Notes: generated by a model not told the origin, from the letters alone. Counted from the first letter of the stretch, positions 9,680 to 22,335 are shown. The stretch: 64,000 nt of DNA from Callorhinchus milii (GCF_018977255.1 NW_024704742.1:71860001-71924000); one strand, 5' to 3'. Numbers and translations: made by a program.

Positions 9680-12540
9680 CAACAACAACAAGATTACATT
9701 TGTATAGCGCCGTTCAGGTTGGGAGGACGTTCCAAGGCGCTGGACAGTGTACAGCATTTCAGACCCGAGCTGGGGTTGGGGGGGGAGGGGAAGAGGTTGA
9801 CTAATGGCATAGTAGAGGAGGAGGATTTTGAGGCGGGACTTGAAGGAGGCTAAGGAGGGGGCGAGGCGGAGTGATTGGAGGATGGAGTTCCAGAGGTTGG
9901 GGGCAGAGTGACTGAAGGCTCTCCTGCCAATGGCGGGGCGGGTGGGTCGGGAGACGTGGAGCCGGCTGAGCAGAGGGAGCAGGCGGGTTGGTAGGGGGTT
10001 AGGAGGTCACAGAGATAGAGTGGGGCGAGGCCATTCATGGCTTTGTAGGTGAGGACCAGGATTTTGAACTGGATCCTCTGAAAGATAGGAAGTCAATGGA
10101 GTCAGGCGAGAATGGGGGAGATGGGGTCACAAAGTTTGGGGCGGGAGAGGACATGGGCTGCAGAGTTCTGGATTATCTGCAGCCTGTGGAGGGAAGAGTT
10201 AGGAAGGCTGACAAGCAGGGCGTTTGCATAGTCGAGCCTGGAGGTGATGAAGGCATGAACAAGAGTTTCAGCGGCCTGAGGGGTAAGGTAGTAGCGGAGT
10301 CGGGCGATGTTATGGAGGTGAGGGAATGCAGAGCGGGTCATGGCTTGGATGTGGGGAAGAAAAGACAGTTGAGGGGCGAACAAGACACTGAGGTTCCTGA
10401 CTGGCGGTGAGTTGAAGTGTGCAACCATGGAGGTTGATGCTGCCGGAGCCTGAGGTGCTGAGGCGCTGGCGTGAGCCAATCAGGAGGGCCTCAGTCTTGT
10501 TCACATTCAACTGTAGGAAATTTGCCCTCATCCAGGACTTGATGTCCGACAGGCAGTCTGTCAGCACAGCAGAGGTCCTGAAGTTGAGGGTGGACGCAGA
10601 AAGATATTGTTGGGTGTCATCCGCATACATATGGAAGTTGACCCCATGTCTGTGAATGATGTCACCAAGGTGGAGCATGTAGATATTAAAGAGGAGAGGG
10701 CCAAGGACAGAGCCCTGGGGGACCCCAGACGTGACAGTGCGGGGGCTGGAGGAGAAACCATTAAAGGCAACAAAGTGGAGATGGTGAAAGAGATAGGAAT
10801 CGAAGCAGGCAAGGACAGTTCCACGAAGATTAAGTAAGGAGGAGAGGCAGTGTTTGAGGGTGGAATAGTCGACGGTGTCGAAGGCGGCAAAGGTCAAGGA
10901 GGACAAGGAGGTAGAGGGAGAGAGGGAGCCCTGATCACAGATGTTCAGAATGTCATTAATGACTTTGGCCAGGGCTGTTTCCGTGCTGTGGGCAGCGCGG
11001 AAGCCGGATTGGAGGGGTTCAAAGAGGGAATGGCGAGAGAGAAAGCGGAGCTGGGATGCGACGATTCGTTCCAGGAGAGGAATGGGAGGTTAGAGATGGG
11101 GCGGTAGCTGAAGAGTAGAGATGGGTCCAGGGAAGGTTTTTTCAGGATGGGGGTGATGACAGCTGTTTTTAGGGGGGTTGGAACTGAACCGGTTGACAAG
11201 GAGAGGTTGATGACGTTGGACAGGAGATTGGCCAAAAGGTGGAACTTGGAGATGAGGAGAGGGGGAGCAGGTGGTGGAGTTGAGTTTGCGAACAATCGTG
11301 GAGAGGGAGGAGGGAGAGAAAGGGTCGAAGGAGTATAGGGGGGGGAATGGGTCATGAGGGAGAGGTGATGTGGGGGTGGCTGTGGACAGGGCAGAGATGG
11401 CTGAACGTATCCCCTCCATTTTGGTTTTGAGGAAATCCAGCATCTCCTCACAGTTGGAGTTTGAGAGGATGGGCGTGGCGTGGCAAGGTGGACAGAGGAG
11501 ACAGTTTGTGATGGAAAAGAGAAGTCAGGGGGTGGCCTTTGCCTCCAAGATAACCTTGGAGTAGAAGGAGAATTTGGCGGAGGTAAGAGCGCAGTGGTAG
11601 ATCTTGGTGTGGTGGAGCCAGATCTGCCGATGGACCGTTAGTTTGGAATTGGTCCAGGCGCATTCGTCAGCTCGCACTTGTGCCTTGAGGGAACGGAGAT
11701 GGCTGGTGTACCAGGGGGATTTACGGGAGCATGAGGTAGTTCGGGAGGTGAGAGGGGCAAGGGAGTCCAGAATGGAGGAGAGGGAGTTGTGGAGAAAAGT
11801 GAGTGAGGAGGGGAAATCGGTCAGGGAGGGCCAGAGGTGCCGGAGTTCAGATGACTCCAGGGAAGTGGAGAGGGAGGAAATTTTTTTCCATGGACAATAT
11901 GTGATGATGGAGGGTTGAGAAAAGGGAAGGGGGATGGAGGTGTTGAGGGAGATGGAAGTGGTGGTCCGAGATGGCTTTATCGATGATGGTGATGTCCAAG
12001 ACGGCGAGGCCCCGGGTGATCACCAGGTCAACGGGGTGGCCATGGACGTTGGTGAGAGAGTGGATGAGAAGGGAGAAGTTAAGGGAAGAGAGGAGGGAGA
12101 AGTCGGCAGAGGTAGAGCAGGAGGGGGTGAATTGGAGGTTGAAGTCGCCAGGGATTAGGAGGCGTTCAGAGCAGAGGGAGAGGGAAGATAGGAGGGTGGA
12201 GATGTCCGAGAGGAAGGTGGGGGAAGGCTTGGATGGACAGTAGACAAGGAGGATTTTGAGGGAGAGCCTGGAGGGGTGGTAGAGGGTAAGGTGTTCGAAG
12301 GAGGGGAGAATTCCTGAGGAGTAAGGGGAAAGGCCAAGGCGGGACCGGGAGATGAGAGCCACACCACCGCCACAGCAATTAGGCCGTGGGGTTTGGTGTA
12401 AGGAGTAACCTGGAGGTATGGCCTCAACTAGTGGGAAGGTGTCGCCTGGGGTGACCCAGGTTTTGGTGAGGGCGAGGATGTCGATATTTTCCTCGACGGT
12501 GTGGTCATGGATTGTGAGGGACTTGTTGGTTAATGAGGGG
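9680..12540 (-). mobile_element. Decayed L2 LINE with most of ORF2 (APE endonuclease + reverse transcriptase), frameshifted
   Basis: ORF pieces GVPQGSVLGPLLFNIYM...HMYADDTQ (RT), YRPISNLPFLS, AAETLVHAFITSRLDYAN and endonuclease-like GDFN...GHPVDLV...SDH. Confidence 0.92.
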
Positions 12541-12559
12541 ACAACTGCAGGAAGTTAGC

Positions 12560-13290
12560 TCTTATCCAGGAGTTGATGTCCGACGGGCAGTCTGAGAACA
12601 GCAGTGATCCTACTGACACTGCAGTCGACAATGTCGAAGTAGCAGAGATCGAGGAGGACAAGGAGGTAGAGAGAGCCCAGGTCGCAGATGTTCAGAATGT
12701 TGTTAGTGACTTTGACCAGGGATGTTTCTGTGCTGTGGGCAGTGCAGAAACCCGATTGGAGGGTTTCAATGAGGGAATGGTGGGAGAGGAAAGAACGAAG
12801 CTAAGACACGACGATTCGTTGCAGGGCCTGGAAGAGGAAAGGGAGGTTGGAGATGGGGTGATAGCTGGAGAGTCCAAGAAAGAGTTTTGTGGATGGGGGT
12901 GAGGACAGCTGTTTTAGGGGAGTGAGAACAGTGCCAGTGGATAACAAGAGGTTGATAATGCAGTTAAAAGAGGTGCCAGGAGGTGGAGCTGGGAGGTGGG
13001 GATGGGTTCAAGGGAGCATTTTTGAAATGATGGAGGTGAGGAAACTGGGGGAGGCAGGGTCGAAGGTGTACAGGGAGAGATAGGTGGGGGCCTTGGCATG
13101 AGGGGGAGGTGGCGAGGGGGACGGAGGAGAGGTAGCCGAATGAATCCCCTCAATTTTGGATTCGAGAAAGTTCAACATCTCACAGTTGGAATTGGAGGAG
13201 AGGATGGGCGAGGCACGGGAAGGTGGACTATGATTAGTGATTAGTGGTGGAGAATAGGAGCCTGGGATTGTCCTGGTCCTCCAAGATTAT
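12560..13290 (-). mobile_element. Additional internal L2 ORF2 fragment
   Basis: Homologous to 10850-11560. Confidence 0.75.
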
Positions 13291-13738
13291 CTACACTTAT
13301 AAAGGACACTGCAAATGGAAGTTAGTGTTGTGAAGTGCTTCACAGTGATGATGGAGCTCACGAGAAAGGTTTGGATGAAGAAGACCCCAGCCCATCTGAT
13401 CTCATCCTTCAGAACACCCACCCTACCGTTACCCCCCCCCCCCCCCACCAACCATCACAGTATCAAGCTGGACTAGTTTTTAAATGAGTCCAGTGTTCTT
13501 GTTTCAACTACTCTTCCTGGTAACCTGTTCCAGTCGGTAATCCCCTCTGAGACATCTCTGAGTTCTGGAGATCCCTGGGCCATCTGATCAATGGTTACTC
13601 GGAGGAGGGGAAGGGGGAGAGGATATTGTCCAAAGATGTTGAAGGGAGAGCGAGCATCAAGGCAGAGTTCTAGAACCTGGATGATAGAGTAAAACTCACA
13701 CAAGTCATATCTTTATAAATTGTAAAATCAACACCCAA

Positions 13739-14444
13739 AAGGGTGGTCCAATCTTTTGGATGTTGTGGGCTGGATGCCACATTTGAGAAATGTTCACGGG
13801 CTGCATAAACAATATTTTGATTTTTCCTTTGTAGAAACATAAAATAATTTTACATCATCCTATGTTTTAAATTGTGTGACTATATTACTTTATAATGATC
13901 ATCTCAAATGGAAATATATGCATCAAATGTTTTAATGCATTAAAGTCAAAACACAAGATATTAACTCAGCATATAGAGGCCCCTAGAGAGAATGCTCAAC
14001 AAACCAAAACAAATTAAATCCATAATTGCATAACTAACGCTGAACTCCTTCAACACGGATATGACTTGCAAGCAAACAAGACACTGAGGTTTTCCATTAC
14101 TTTCAATAAACAAATAATCCACTTCCCACTTGCACTGAAATCCTCTACTTTCCATATCTACCTTGCGTTTTCTACTGAGACTCCTAGTCCTGTTGTTTTA
14201 GAATTGCAAAATACTCCTGCTGCTGCTTACTGCGTCTCCCCAAGTTACACAAGGCTTGAGGCAGCATGAAACGTGACTCCCCCTCTCTGCCTCTGCCCCT
14301 TCCTGTCACTCTCCACTCTGCCTTGTGGAGACTTGCCAGAAGAGAGGCGGAGCCAGGAGGTAAAGCAGTGAGGTCGAAAATTGTTTGTGGGCCAGACAAA
14401 ATCATCCATTGGGCCAGTTGTGGGCCACCTGCTGGATAACACTG
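13739..14444 (-). mobile_element. Internally deleted hAT (Charlie/SPIN/Buster-like) DNA transposon
   Basis: ORF 13961-14155 (FQCKWEVDYLFIESNGKPQCLVC) resembles the N-terminal zinc finger of Charlie/GTF2IRD2-type transposases. Ends are degenerate (CAGTGTTATCCAG / aagggtggtccaa) with GGCCC-rich subterminal repeats. Confidence 0.75.
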
Positions 14445-15858
14445 GCCTAAGTCATACATTCAGTTAAATTTCTTTGCACCAATCATTTATCACCTAACTT
14501 TGTTCCTCCACCCTCCATTTCTCCAGAATTTACCAGCTGCATTGAATTGTGAGAAATTTAGTTTTGATCCATCAATGCATGCGCTGAGGAACTTTATTTC
14601 CAGCGATTCCAACCCTTGCCAATAAGTACACATGTCAAGACGCATTCAATTGTGAGAAATGTAGACTTGACCCGTCACCTGCACACTTACCAGCTGCAGT
14701 GAAGTACACATGCACAATGTTGATTATTGATTAAATCAGATTTTATACATCTTATATAAGTTTGCCTGCAACTCAGACTTCGCGTAAGTCATATGAAATG
14801 TTATAGTCCTGACTGATATGACTTATGTGAGTTTATAGTGTATAAGAACAAAGGTTCTCTCTTTTTGGTGGTGTTTGGTCAGCTGGATGACTGATGCATG
14901 TGAAAACTGTGATTAAGAGCCTCCAATTCAGACTTAAAGACCCACATAGAAATTCTTGTGTCTGAAAAGGAATATGCATTCTCTCCCTGGAGGGATGCAA
15001 CCTACTTACCTAATTCCGGAGAGTACTAGGCACAGGTTGGCAAGAGCCAAGGCTTGGAGACCCCAGGGTAAACTGGGAAAGCAGTGGGAAGCTCTCCAGT
15101 GGCTTTTGATGGCAAACTGCGGTTGTAGTTTGTTAAACTCCACCAGGTCTGCATGGCTCAGGTACCTCACTACTGAGACAACCACCGAGGGTTGACTCAA
15201 ACTTGACATTGCATTGCCAAGCAGGTCAACTGGGAGCCAGTTCAACTTCAAGGAAAGGCTGCTTACTGTATTATTTGTCAATCCACAAGACAGTTTAAAT
15301 TCAATAGTTCCTTTATTTCAACCTTACACTCCTGAACACTCTGCCCAGTCACTTTCCCAGAATCCTTTTATGCTTCCTACTTGCTTTTCATTGTCAATCT
15401 CCAATTGCCAATTTAACCTTAAAGCAATATGCAACATTTACCTCCCCACTCACCACCCCCACTCTGAGGATAGTCACTAGTTGGTGGATCTGTGATGATT
15501 CCTATATTAATGGGGCTGGTTTCCTTTTCTGTTGCAAAATCTTTATTGATGTGATGCTTCAAAACAGGAATAGGATATGTCTTTCACCCTGCAGGAGATC
15601 AGGTTTCAGGGTAAAGGATAGAGGGCAGCAGTGGATGGATGAGCCATCAGAAGCACAACACAAAGCTATTGAGGTCACTCCGAACATAGACCACAGGCAA
15701 TGTACCCCAGTGTGAAACAGGTAATTGCCAACAAAATAGTGTTATGGAGCCCCTGTGTGTATCATAGAGAATAGCAGCCCAGTGTAACATGGTAGTAGTG
15801 AACACAGTTGCCGTTATGTGGATGTGTTACTGACCTATGTTTGTTCTGTTGCCCACAG

Positions 15859-15974
15859 CCAGTGCAAATATCTGCAATGTGGTCCTGATGAGGCATAGTG
15901 AGCTCATCGAAGGGATCTCCGTGCTTGACGAAGAAGGGAAATTCGTCGGTTCATCCAAGATTGCTGCAAGCCAT
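15859..15974 (+). CDS. SFXN5: SFXN5 exon ([39 protein letters not shown]), phase 1/0
   Basis: ccacag acceptor and gtaagt donor. Strong match to SFXN5 [12 protein letters not shown]...GSSKIAARH. Confidence 0.96.
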
Positions 15975-16115
15975 GTAAGTATTTCAGTCTATCCCAGTGC
16001 TTCACTGATTGCCACAGCGAGCTTTACTCTTTATCTGTCACTGACCTAGCAGTGTGGACGGACAGTGTAGAGAAAGCATCACTCTGTCTCTAGCCCATGC
16101 TGTCGCTGGCCTGGA

Positions 16116-16484
16116 CAGAGAGTATCCACAAAGTCCTGTTACCCCCTGTTACAAAACAGTGATGTGAGACTACGGACAAGCTGAAACAAGCTGTCAGAGA
16201 TGTATTTCACCTCCTCACTCCATTCATGTTGCAGAAGATGTCGCATCTTAAAGCAATATCAACACTTACCTCCCCCCAATCACCCCCACTCTGAGGAGTG
16301 ATCATTATCTGCCATGAAAATCCTCACTCACACACCGATCCTCTGGACGTCTAAATGTAGTTAAACACTGAATACAATTAAGTACTTCTAAATACAATTA
16401 TCACAGTGTTTCCACATGTTTCAGCTGTTGGTCAGTGCACTGCAGAAAAATACATGGGGGTAACAGGACTTTGTGAACACCCTG
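16116..16484. mobile_element. Tc1/mariner-like MITE
   Basis: Perfect 20-bp inverted repeats cacaaagtcctgttaccccc (16127-16146 / 16456-16475). The right end ...caccctg|TA fits a CAGGGTG terminus and a TA target. Confidence 0.75.
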
Positions 16485-16664
16485 TAGAGGGCGCTTTACT
16501 CTGACTCTAAGCCTTGCTGATTTGGGAGTGCTGGATGGACAGAGTAGAGGGAGCTTTAATCCATGCAGTTGCTGACCTTTTGGATACACAGTGTAGAGGT
16601 AGCATCTTCCACCCACTCTGACTGGTTCTACCCTACCTTTGGTGTATCTTTACAGTAATCTATA

Positions 16665-17017
16665 TATAATAATCCTTGCATTTGATATAGCACCTTATCA
16701 CGTCTTCGAGATGTCTCAAAGCATTTCACAGAATATACTATGAAGTGAATTGACTGTGTATTTTGTTGGTGCCAGCCAATTGCGCACAGCAGTGTCCCAC
16801 AAATAGTCGTGGATTGAGTGACCAAATTATTTTATTTTGGGGTGGAAGGAGGGATTATTACTTCCAATCGATTAACAATCTGGTTCCTATTTACTGCTAA
16901 GTAAATAGAGGTGTGTGGAGTGAGGAAATTTGCCTGAGGTTTAGCCCTGCCCGGAAATCAAACCCAGGTTCTCTCACTTGTGAGGTGAGTGCTCTAACCA
17001 CTAAGCTACAGGACTCC
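16665..17017 (-). mobile_element. SINE family A, full length
   Basis: Head ggagtcctgtagcttagtggttagagcac... with Pol III A/B boxes, then body and tail. Confidence 0.9.
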
Positions 17018-17164
17018 ACATCAATGTATATCTTGTAAAGTGCTTTGAGACATCTCAACGACGTGATAAGGCATTGTATCAAATGCAAGGATTATTATTA
17101 TCTGTATCTGTCTTTCTGTGTTTCTCTGTTCGAGACTGAGCTGGAAATGATTATTTTGTTGCAG

Positions 17165-17250
17165 GCACTGATGGAGACAGCCCTGACCAGGGTGGTCCTT
17201 CCTATCCCTGTCCTGGTCATTCCTCCAATCCTGATGTCCCTGCTGGAGAG
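17165..17250 (+). CDS. SFXN5: SFXN5 exon ([29 protein letters not shown]), phase 0/2
   Basis: ttgcag acceptor and ag|gttagt donor. Matches [21 protein letters not shown]. Confidence 0.96.
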
Positions 17251-17850
17251 GTTAGTCTTGGTGTGATAACACAGTGAGAGGTTAGCGCTGGTGTGATAAC
17301 ACAGTGAGAGGTTAGCGCTGGTGTGATAACACAGTGAGAGGTTAGCGCTGGTGTGATATCACAGTGAGAGGTCAGTGTTGGTGTAATATCAAAGTGAGAG
17401 GTCAGTGTTGGTGTAATATCACAGTGATAGGTCAGTGCTGATGTGATATCAGAGTGAGAGGTCAGTGCTGGTGTGATATCAGAGTGAGAGGTTAGTGCTG
17501 GTGTGGTATCAGAGTGAGAGGTCAGTGCTGATGTGATATCAGAGTGAGAGGTCAGTGCTGGTGTGATATCAGAGTGAGAGGTCAGTGCTGGTGTGATATC
17601 AGAGTGAGAGGTTAGTGCTGGTGTGGTATCTGAGTGAGAGGTCAGTGCTGGTGTGATATCAGAGTGAGAGGTTAGTGCTGGTGTGATATCAGAGTGAGAG
17701 GTTAGTGCTGGTGTGGTATCAGAGTGAGAGGTCAGTGCTGGTGTGATATCAGAGTGAGAGGTTAGTGCTGGTGTGGTATCTGAGTGAGAGGTCAGTGCTG
17801 GTGTGATATCAGAGTGAGAGGTTAGTGCTGGTGTGATATTACAGTGAGTG
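17251..17850 (+). repeat. Minisatellite, 20 x 30 bp (gttagtgctggtgtgatatcagagtgagag)
   Basis: Exact 30-bp periodicity starting at the first intron base after the SFXN5 exon. Confidence 0.97.
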
Positions 17851-20630
17851 GTAAGGAGAGGTTAGTTGACTCTCACACCACGATGGAATCACACCCTGCG
17901 TGATGCTCTGCCACTCCACCCCCCACCCCGCAGGGTCATGACTCCGTTGCCCTTGACTGTGTGCTGTGGCCGTCTTTTATTTTGGTTGCCCGGGGAGGTC
18001 ACACAAGCGAGAGGCCCTGAGTTTGATTCCCAGGCAGGGCTAAACCTCAAGCAAGTTTCCTTACTCCACACGGCTCTGTTTACCTAGCAGTAAATAGGAA
18101 CCGGATTGTTAGTCAATTGGTGGATCGCTTTTCCGGAGGTAATAATCCCTCCTCTGTTAAAGAGATCAGACGTAAGCTAAGGTTCAACACTCATTACCAC
18201 AGAGTGGCCTTACCTAATGAGGTACAAATGGTCTTTAGCAGCCTGGTTGTGTTATCACTGTCAACCAGTGCAAGGTGTTCCTAGGCTCTGAGCTGTCATA
18301 AACACGGCCCGCACTTTACTAAACAGGCCGCCAGCTATTCGTGTATTCCATATGAACAAACCTGGTCAAATCTTTCCGAAGAATGTACAAAAGGTTTGGG
18401 ATGGGAGCAGAATTGAGGGATAGTGCTCTCAGAGAGCCAGGTGGCCACACAGCCTATGCTGCAATATTCTGTTCTTCTCCCAATGCAATGTGGGCATTAC
18501 AGTAAAGGTGGCTCAAGGGTAGCGCTCTCGCCTCAGTCAGAAGGTTCAAGCCCCACGTATTGATCTTGAGCTCACAGTCCAGGGTGACACACCAATACAG
18601 TACAAAATTACATTTGTTTAGCGCCTTTTCCCGTCGGGAGGACAGTTATACACAAATTGGCTGCCGTGTTTGCCCACAAAATACCCAGTCATTGCACTTT
18701 TGGGTAATTCCTGTGAAGCATTTTGAGACGCCCTCCGGACATGAAAGGCACGATATTAAATGCAAAGATTATTATTGTAAAGAAACCAATGTTTCCAAAA
18801 CATGGGCGCTTTTGGTTACATAATCTCATCAGAAGCTAATGCAATAATCACTCTGCCTTCTGCTCTCCTCAAATCATAATTTCTGTTGGGATTTGGGCTG
18901 GGAAAAAAAGGGCAGTTTTTGTAATGCTTTCAATGTGAAAACAATTGTAACCTGGGATTTCTTACATACTTGAGTGTCAGGAGATATTTCTTGATCGGTT
19001 TTTGGGTGTGAAACACCGCCATAGCCTGACATCAGAACTTTCAGGGCTCTTTCACATCACACACAGAAGCCACTGAGAGAGGCACAAGAGAGTTAATTAT
19101 AATAATAATCAAAATAATCCTTGCATTTGATATAGCGCCTTATTACATCGTTGAGACTTCTCAAAGCGCTTCACAGAATATACTGTATAATGGATTGAAT
19201 AATTAGTAGGATTGTTAACCCCAGAAAGCGAAACGCCAATTGACTAACAACAACAACAACTTGCACTTCTATAGCGCCCTCCATGCAGGGTAGAGTCTCA
19301 GAGCGCTTAACAGGGCCGAAGCCTAACTCCAAGCCGGGGTGGAGGTGGCCGTAAGCATGGTCGAAGAGGAAGGTTTACAGTCTTCCCAAATACTTCCTAA
19401 ATACCCCCAGATCACTCCCTCCCTCTCGGATTGCAAAACCCATCTGAAAACCTCAGGAAAGCTGCTTTATCTGAGGTGCTCTCCTTCAGGTGAGATGTTA
19501 AACCGAGGTTCCTTCTGTATCTGTTCAGGTCGATATTTTGCAGTCACTCCACTTTACAGTGTAAAGCGCTTTGAAACTTTTCGACGATGCTATATCAAAT
19601 GCAAGGATTATTATTCTGTTAAAGATAATAATAATCCTTGCATTTGATATAGCGCTTTTCATGTCGGGAGGATGTCCCAAAGCGCTTCACAGAACACACT
19701 GTAAAGTGAATTGACTGTATATTTGTGGGTGAACGCGGCAGCCAATTGCGCACAGCAATGTCCCACAAACAGTCGTAGATTGAAAATGACCAATTTATTA
19801 TTGTTTTTGGTTTTGGAGGGATTATTATCCCATGGCACAATTTGAAAAGAGTGTCTCCTGATGTCCTAGCTAACAATCCCACAGAAATAAATTGGTCATT
19901 CACTTTCCAGCTGTTTGTGAAACAGTGCTGAATGCTATTTGGCTGCTGTGTTCACCTATGAAATACAGTCACTGTTCTTTACAGTACATCCTGCAAAGAG
20001 CTTTGAGATGTTTCTCCTGGTGATGAGGCTTAAGGATCAAATCCAAGGAGTATTATTAATCATTCACATCCAAACATTGATTCCTGTAAAGTGTAATGAC
20101 TGCTTATTTTTGCAGCCAGTTTTAACACAGCAACAGCTCGCAAACAGCCATGAAATTAATGATTTTATCTGGCGCATTATTGGCCAGGACACAGTGAGAG
20201 AGAAACTCCCTTCTCTTTTCCAATAGCACCACGGGATTTTTAAAGTCCACCTGAACATGCACAGACGGGGAGCTGGATTTCAGGGTTAGGAGACTTGGGA
20301 ATTAGTGTGAACCCTTTTGTATTCAGTGTTTTAATAAAATACATGAGTTCCAATTAAGGTTGCACCGTGCTCGTGTTAATTAGTTTGTTAATGAGAGCAG
20401 AGGTGAAGAGCCCGAGTCACTGGAGGTGTCCGACCTGGGGAGGAGATTCACACCTCCCATCACCAACACGCTTTAGTTCAGTGACAGCAGGTCTCAATCT
20501 CCATTTTCACTGTGTTCAACCTGAGCTGTTATGGAAATACTCTGTGTAAGACCTGTTTTGTACCAGCCTGTAAATAAATGGACAACTGAGTGGAGTCACT
20601 GTCCTCGGGTGCATGGACATGGCTTTAGCT

Positions 20631-21000
20631 TAATAATAATAATAATCCTTGCATTTGATACAGAGTCTTATGATGTTGCTGAGACTGCTCAAAGCGCTTC
20701 ACAGAATATACTACAAAGTGAATTGACTGTATATTTTGTGGGTGAAATGCAGCAGACAATTGCACACAGCAATGACCCACAATTCATCCTGGATTGAGTG
20801 AACCAATTTTTTTTTAAAAAATGGTATTATTACCACTGGAAAGCGATCCACCAATCAACTAACAATCAGGTTCCTACTTACTGCTAGGTAAACAGACGTG
20901 TGATAAGGAAACTGCCTAAAGTTTCACCCTGCCTGGGAATTCAATCAGGATCCTTTCGCTTGCGAGGCGAGTGCTCTAACCACTACACTGCAGAACTCCG
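20631..21000 (-). mobile_element. SINE family A, full length
   Basis: Reverse-complement head at ~20940-21000, then body and tail. Confidence 0.88.
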
Positions 21001-21509
21001 TAATGTTATTATTGGACTTTCCTGGGAGGGTGTGGATTCTCTACCCGGTCCCCTCCCACACATACATACATACATACATACATACATACATACATACATA
21101 CACACACAGAGGATGATGAGAATGTGGAACTCACTGCTGAACTTGTGGTTAAAGTACAAAAAATGAACTAAATGAGGGAAAGGGGAAGGGCTTGGGTCAA
21201 GCCTACCTTTGTCCAGCCTGTTTTGGGGGATTATAAACACTGGCAGAGTCTGACGTGTTTCTTTGCTGTCTCATTCTATGCAATTGAGCTCATAGTCCAG
21301 GCTGACGCTTCAGTGCAGTGCTGGGGGGAGAGAGTGCTACATTGTTAGAGACGCAGTCCTTTGGATGAGACATTAAACTGAGGCCTGTCTGTGCCTGTTT
21401 AGGCGGTCATTAAAGATCTTGTGATGCTTTAGGGAAAGAGAAGGGAGTTTCTCCTTGGTTTAATACCTCAACTATGGGTGGAGAGTTTAAAATTAATTAT
21501 ATTTCAAAA

Positions 21510-21790
21510 CAACAACAAATTGTATTTATATTGCACCTTTCACATTGCAAGGATGTCCCAAGGTGCTCAACAGTCAAGGGTTTGCATGGGGCATGGAGCA
21601 GGTCAGTTTTCTCCGAGCGAAGGGAGCGGACAGGAGGTTTTAGCACGTTACAGAGGCAGGGAGGAATAAGATTGCAGAGGGCTTTAAAGCTGAGGATAAG
21701 GATTTTAAACTTGATCCTCTGGGGGATGAGGAACCAGGGGAGCCGGGGGACGATGGGGGTGATGGGCTCACGAAGTTTAGTGCGGAATAA
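21510..21790 (-). mobile_element. L2 3' fragment ending ~30 nt upstream of an SFXN5 acceptor
   Basis: L2 tail plus the [17 protein letters not shown]2 motif. Confidence 0.78.
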
Positions 21791-21823
21791 AATACTCACA
21801 AGCGTCCTTGTTTTTCCATCCAG

Positions 21824-21941
21824 GACGTCGCTGGTGAGGTCGCGGCCCAAGCTGAGCCTCCCCATACAGAGTCTTGTCTGCCTGGTTGCCTTCGGACTCG
21901 CACTGCCTGTCGCCATCTCTCTCTTTCCACAGATGTCAGAG
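21824..21941 (+). CDS. SFXN5: SFXN5 exon ([40 protein letters not shown]), phase 2/0
   Basis: atccag acceptor and gtcagt donor. Contains the ALPxAISLFPQ motif. Confidence 0.96.
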
Positions 21942-22144
21942 GTCAGTGAACTCAGGGCGGTGAAACATTGCTGCCCCTCCCACCCATTCACTCCGTAAGT
22001 CCTGGGTTAATACCCAAATGACTGCCCCAATGGAGCCTTTAACAAGTTCTGCAAACCGTGTGTAAATGTTGGAAGTCGCTGTGTAGTCACAGGGTGAGGG
22101 CGTGTTTTTCAGAAGGACACTGGCAGAAACTCAAATGGTTCTTT

Positions 22145-22335
22145 AACAGGCAGACAGGACATCGGTTTTAATAAATCTCATCCGCAGGACGGCACCTTCG
22201 ACAATGCAGCGCTCTCCCCACCAGCGCTGCACTGAAGCCTTAGCCTGGACTGCGAGCTCAGAGTCCCCGACATGGAGCTTGTAGGCACAACCTCCTGACT
22301 CGGAGACGAGAGCGTGAGCGGCTGAGCTACAGTGA
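22145..22335 (-). mobile_element. Deu-domain SINE (SacSINE1/LmeSINE-like), 5' part; related pieces at 19860-20265, 21285-21470, 31640-31960, 34160-34570, 46715-47025 and 56270-56490
   Basis: tRNA-like head followed by gtccaggctga...ttcagtgcag...gtgccgtcct...ggatgaga...ttaaaccgagg...gttcaggtggac...aaagatccc, recognised from memory as Deu-domain sequence. Confidence 0.7.

Noticed and set aside
17251..17850. CRISPR-like array
   Set aside because: Head-to-tail tandem units with no unique spacers, in a eukaryotic intron.
21474..21998. 174-aa ORF as an extended SFXN5 exon
   Set aside because: The N-terminal part is antisense L2. The true exon is delimited by AG at 21822-23 and GT at 21942.
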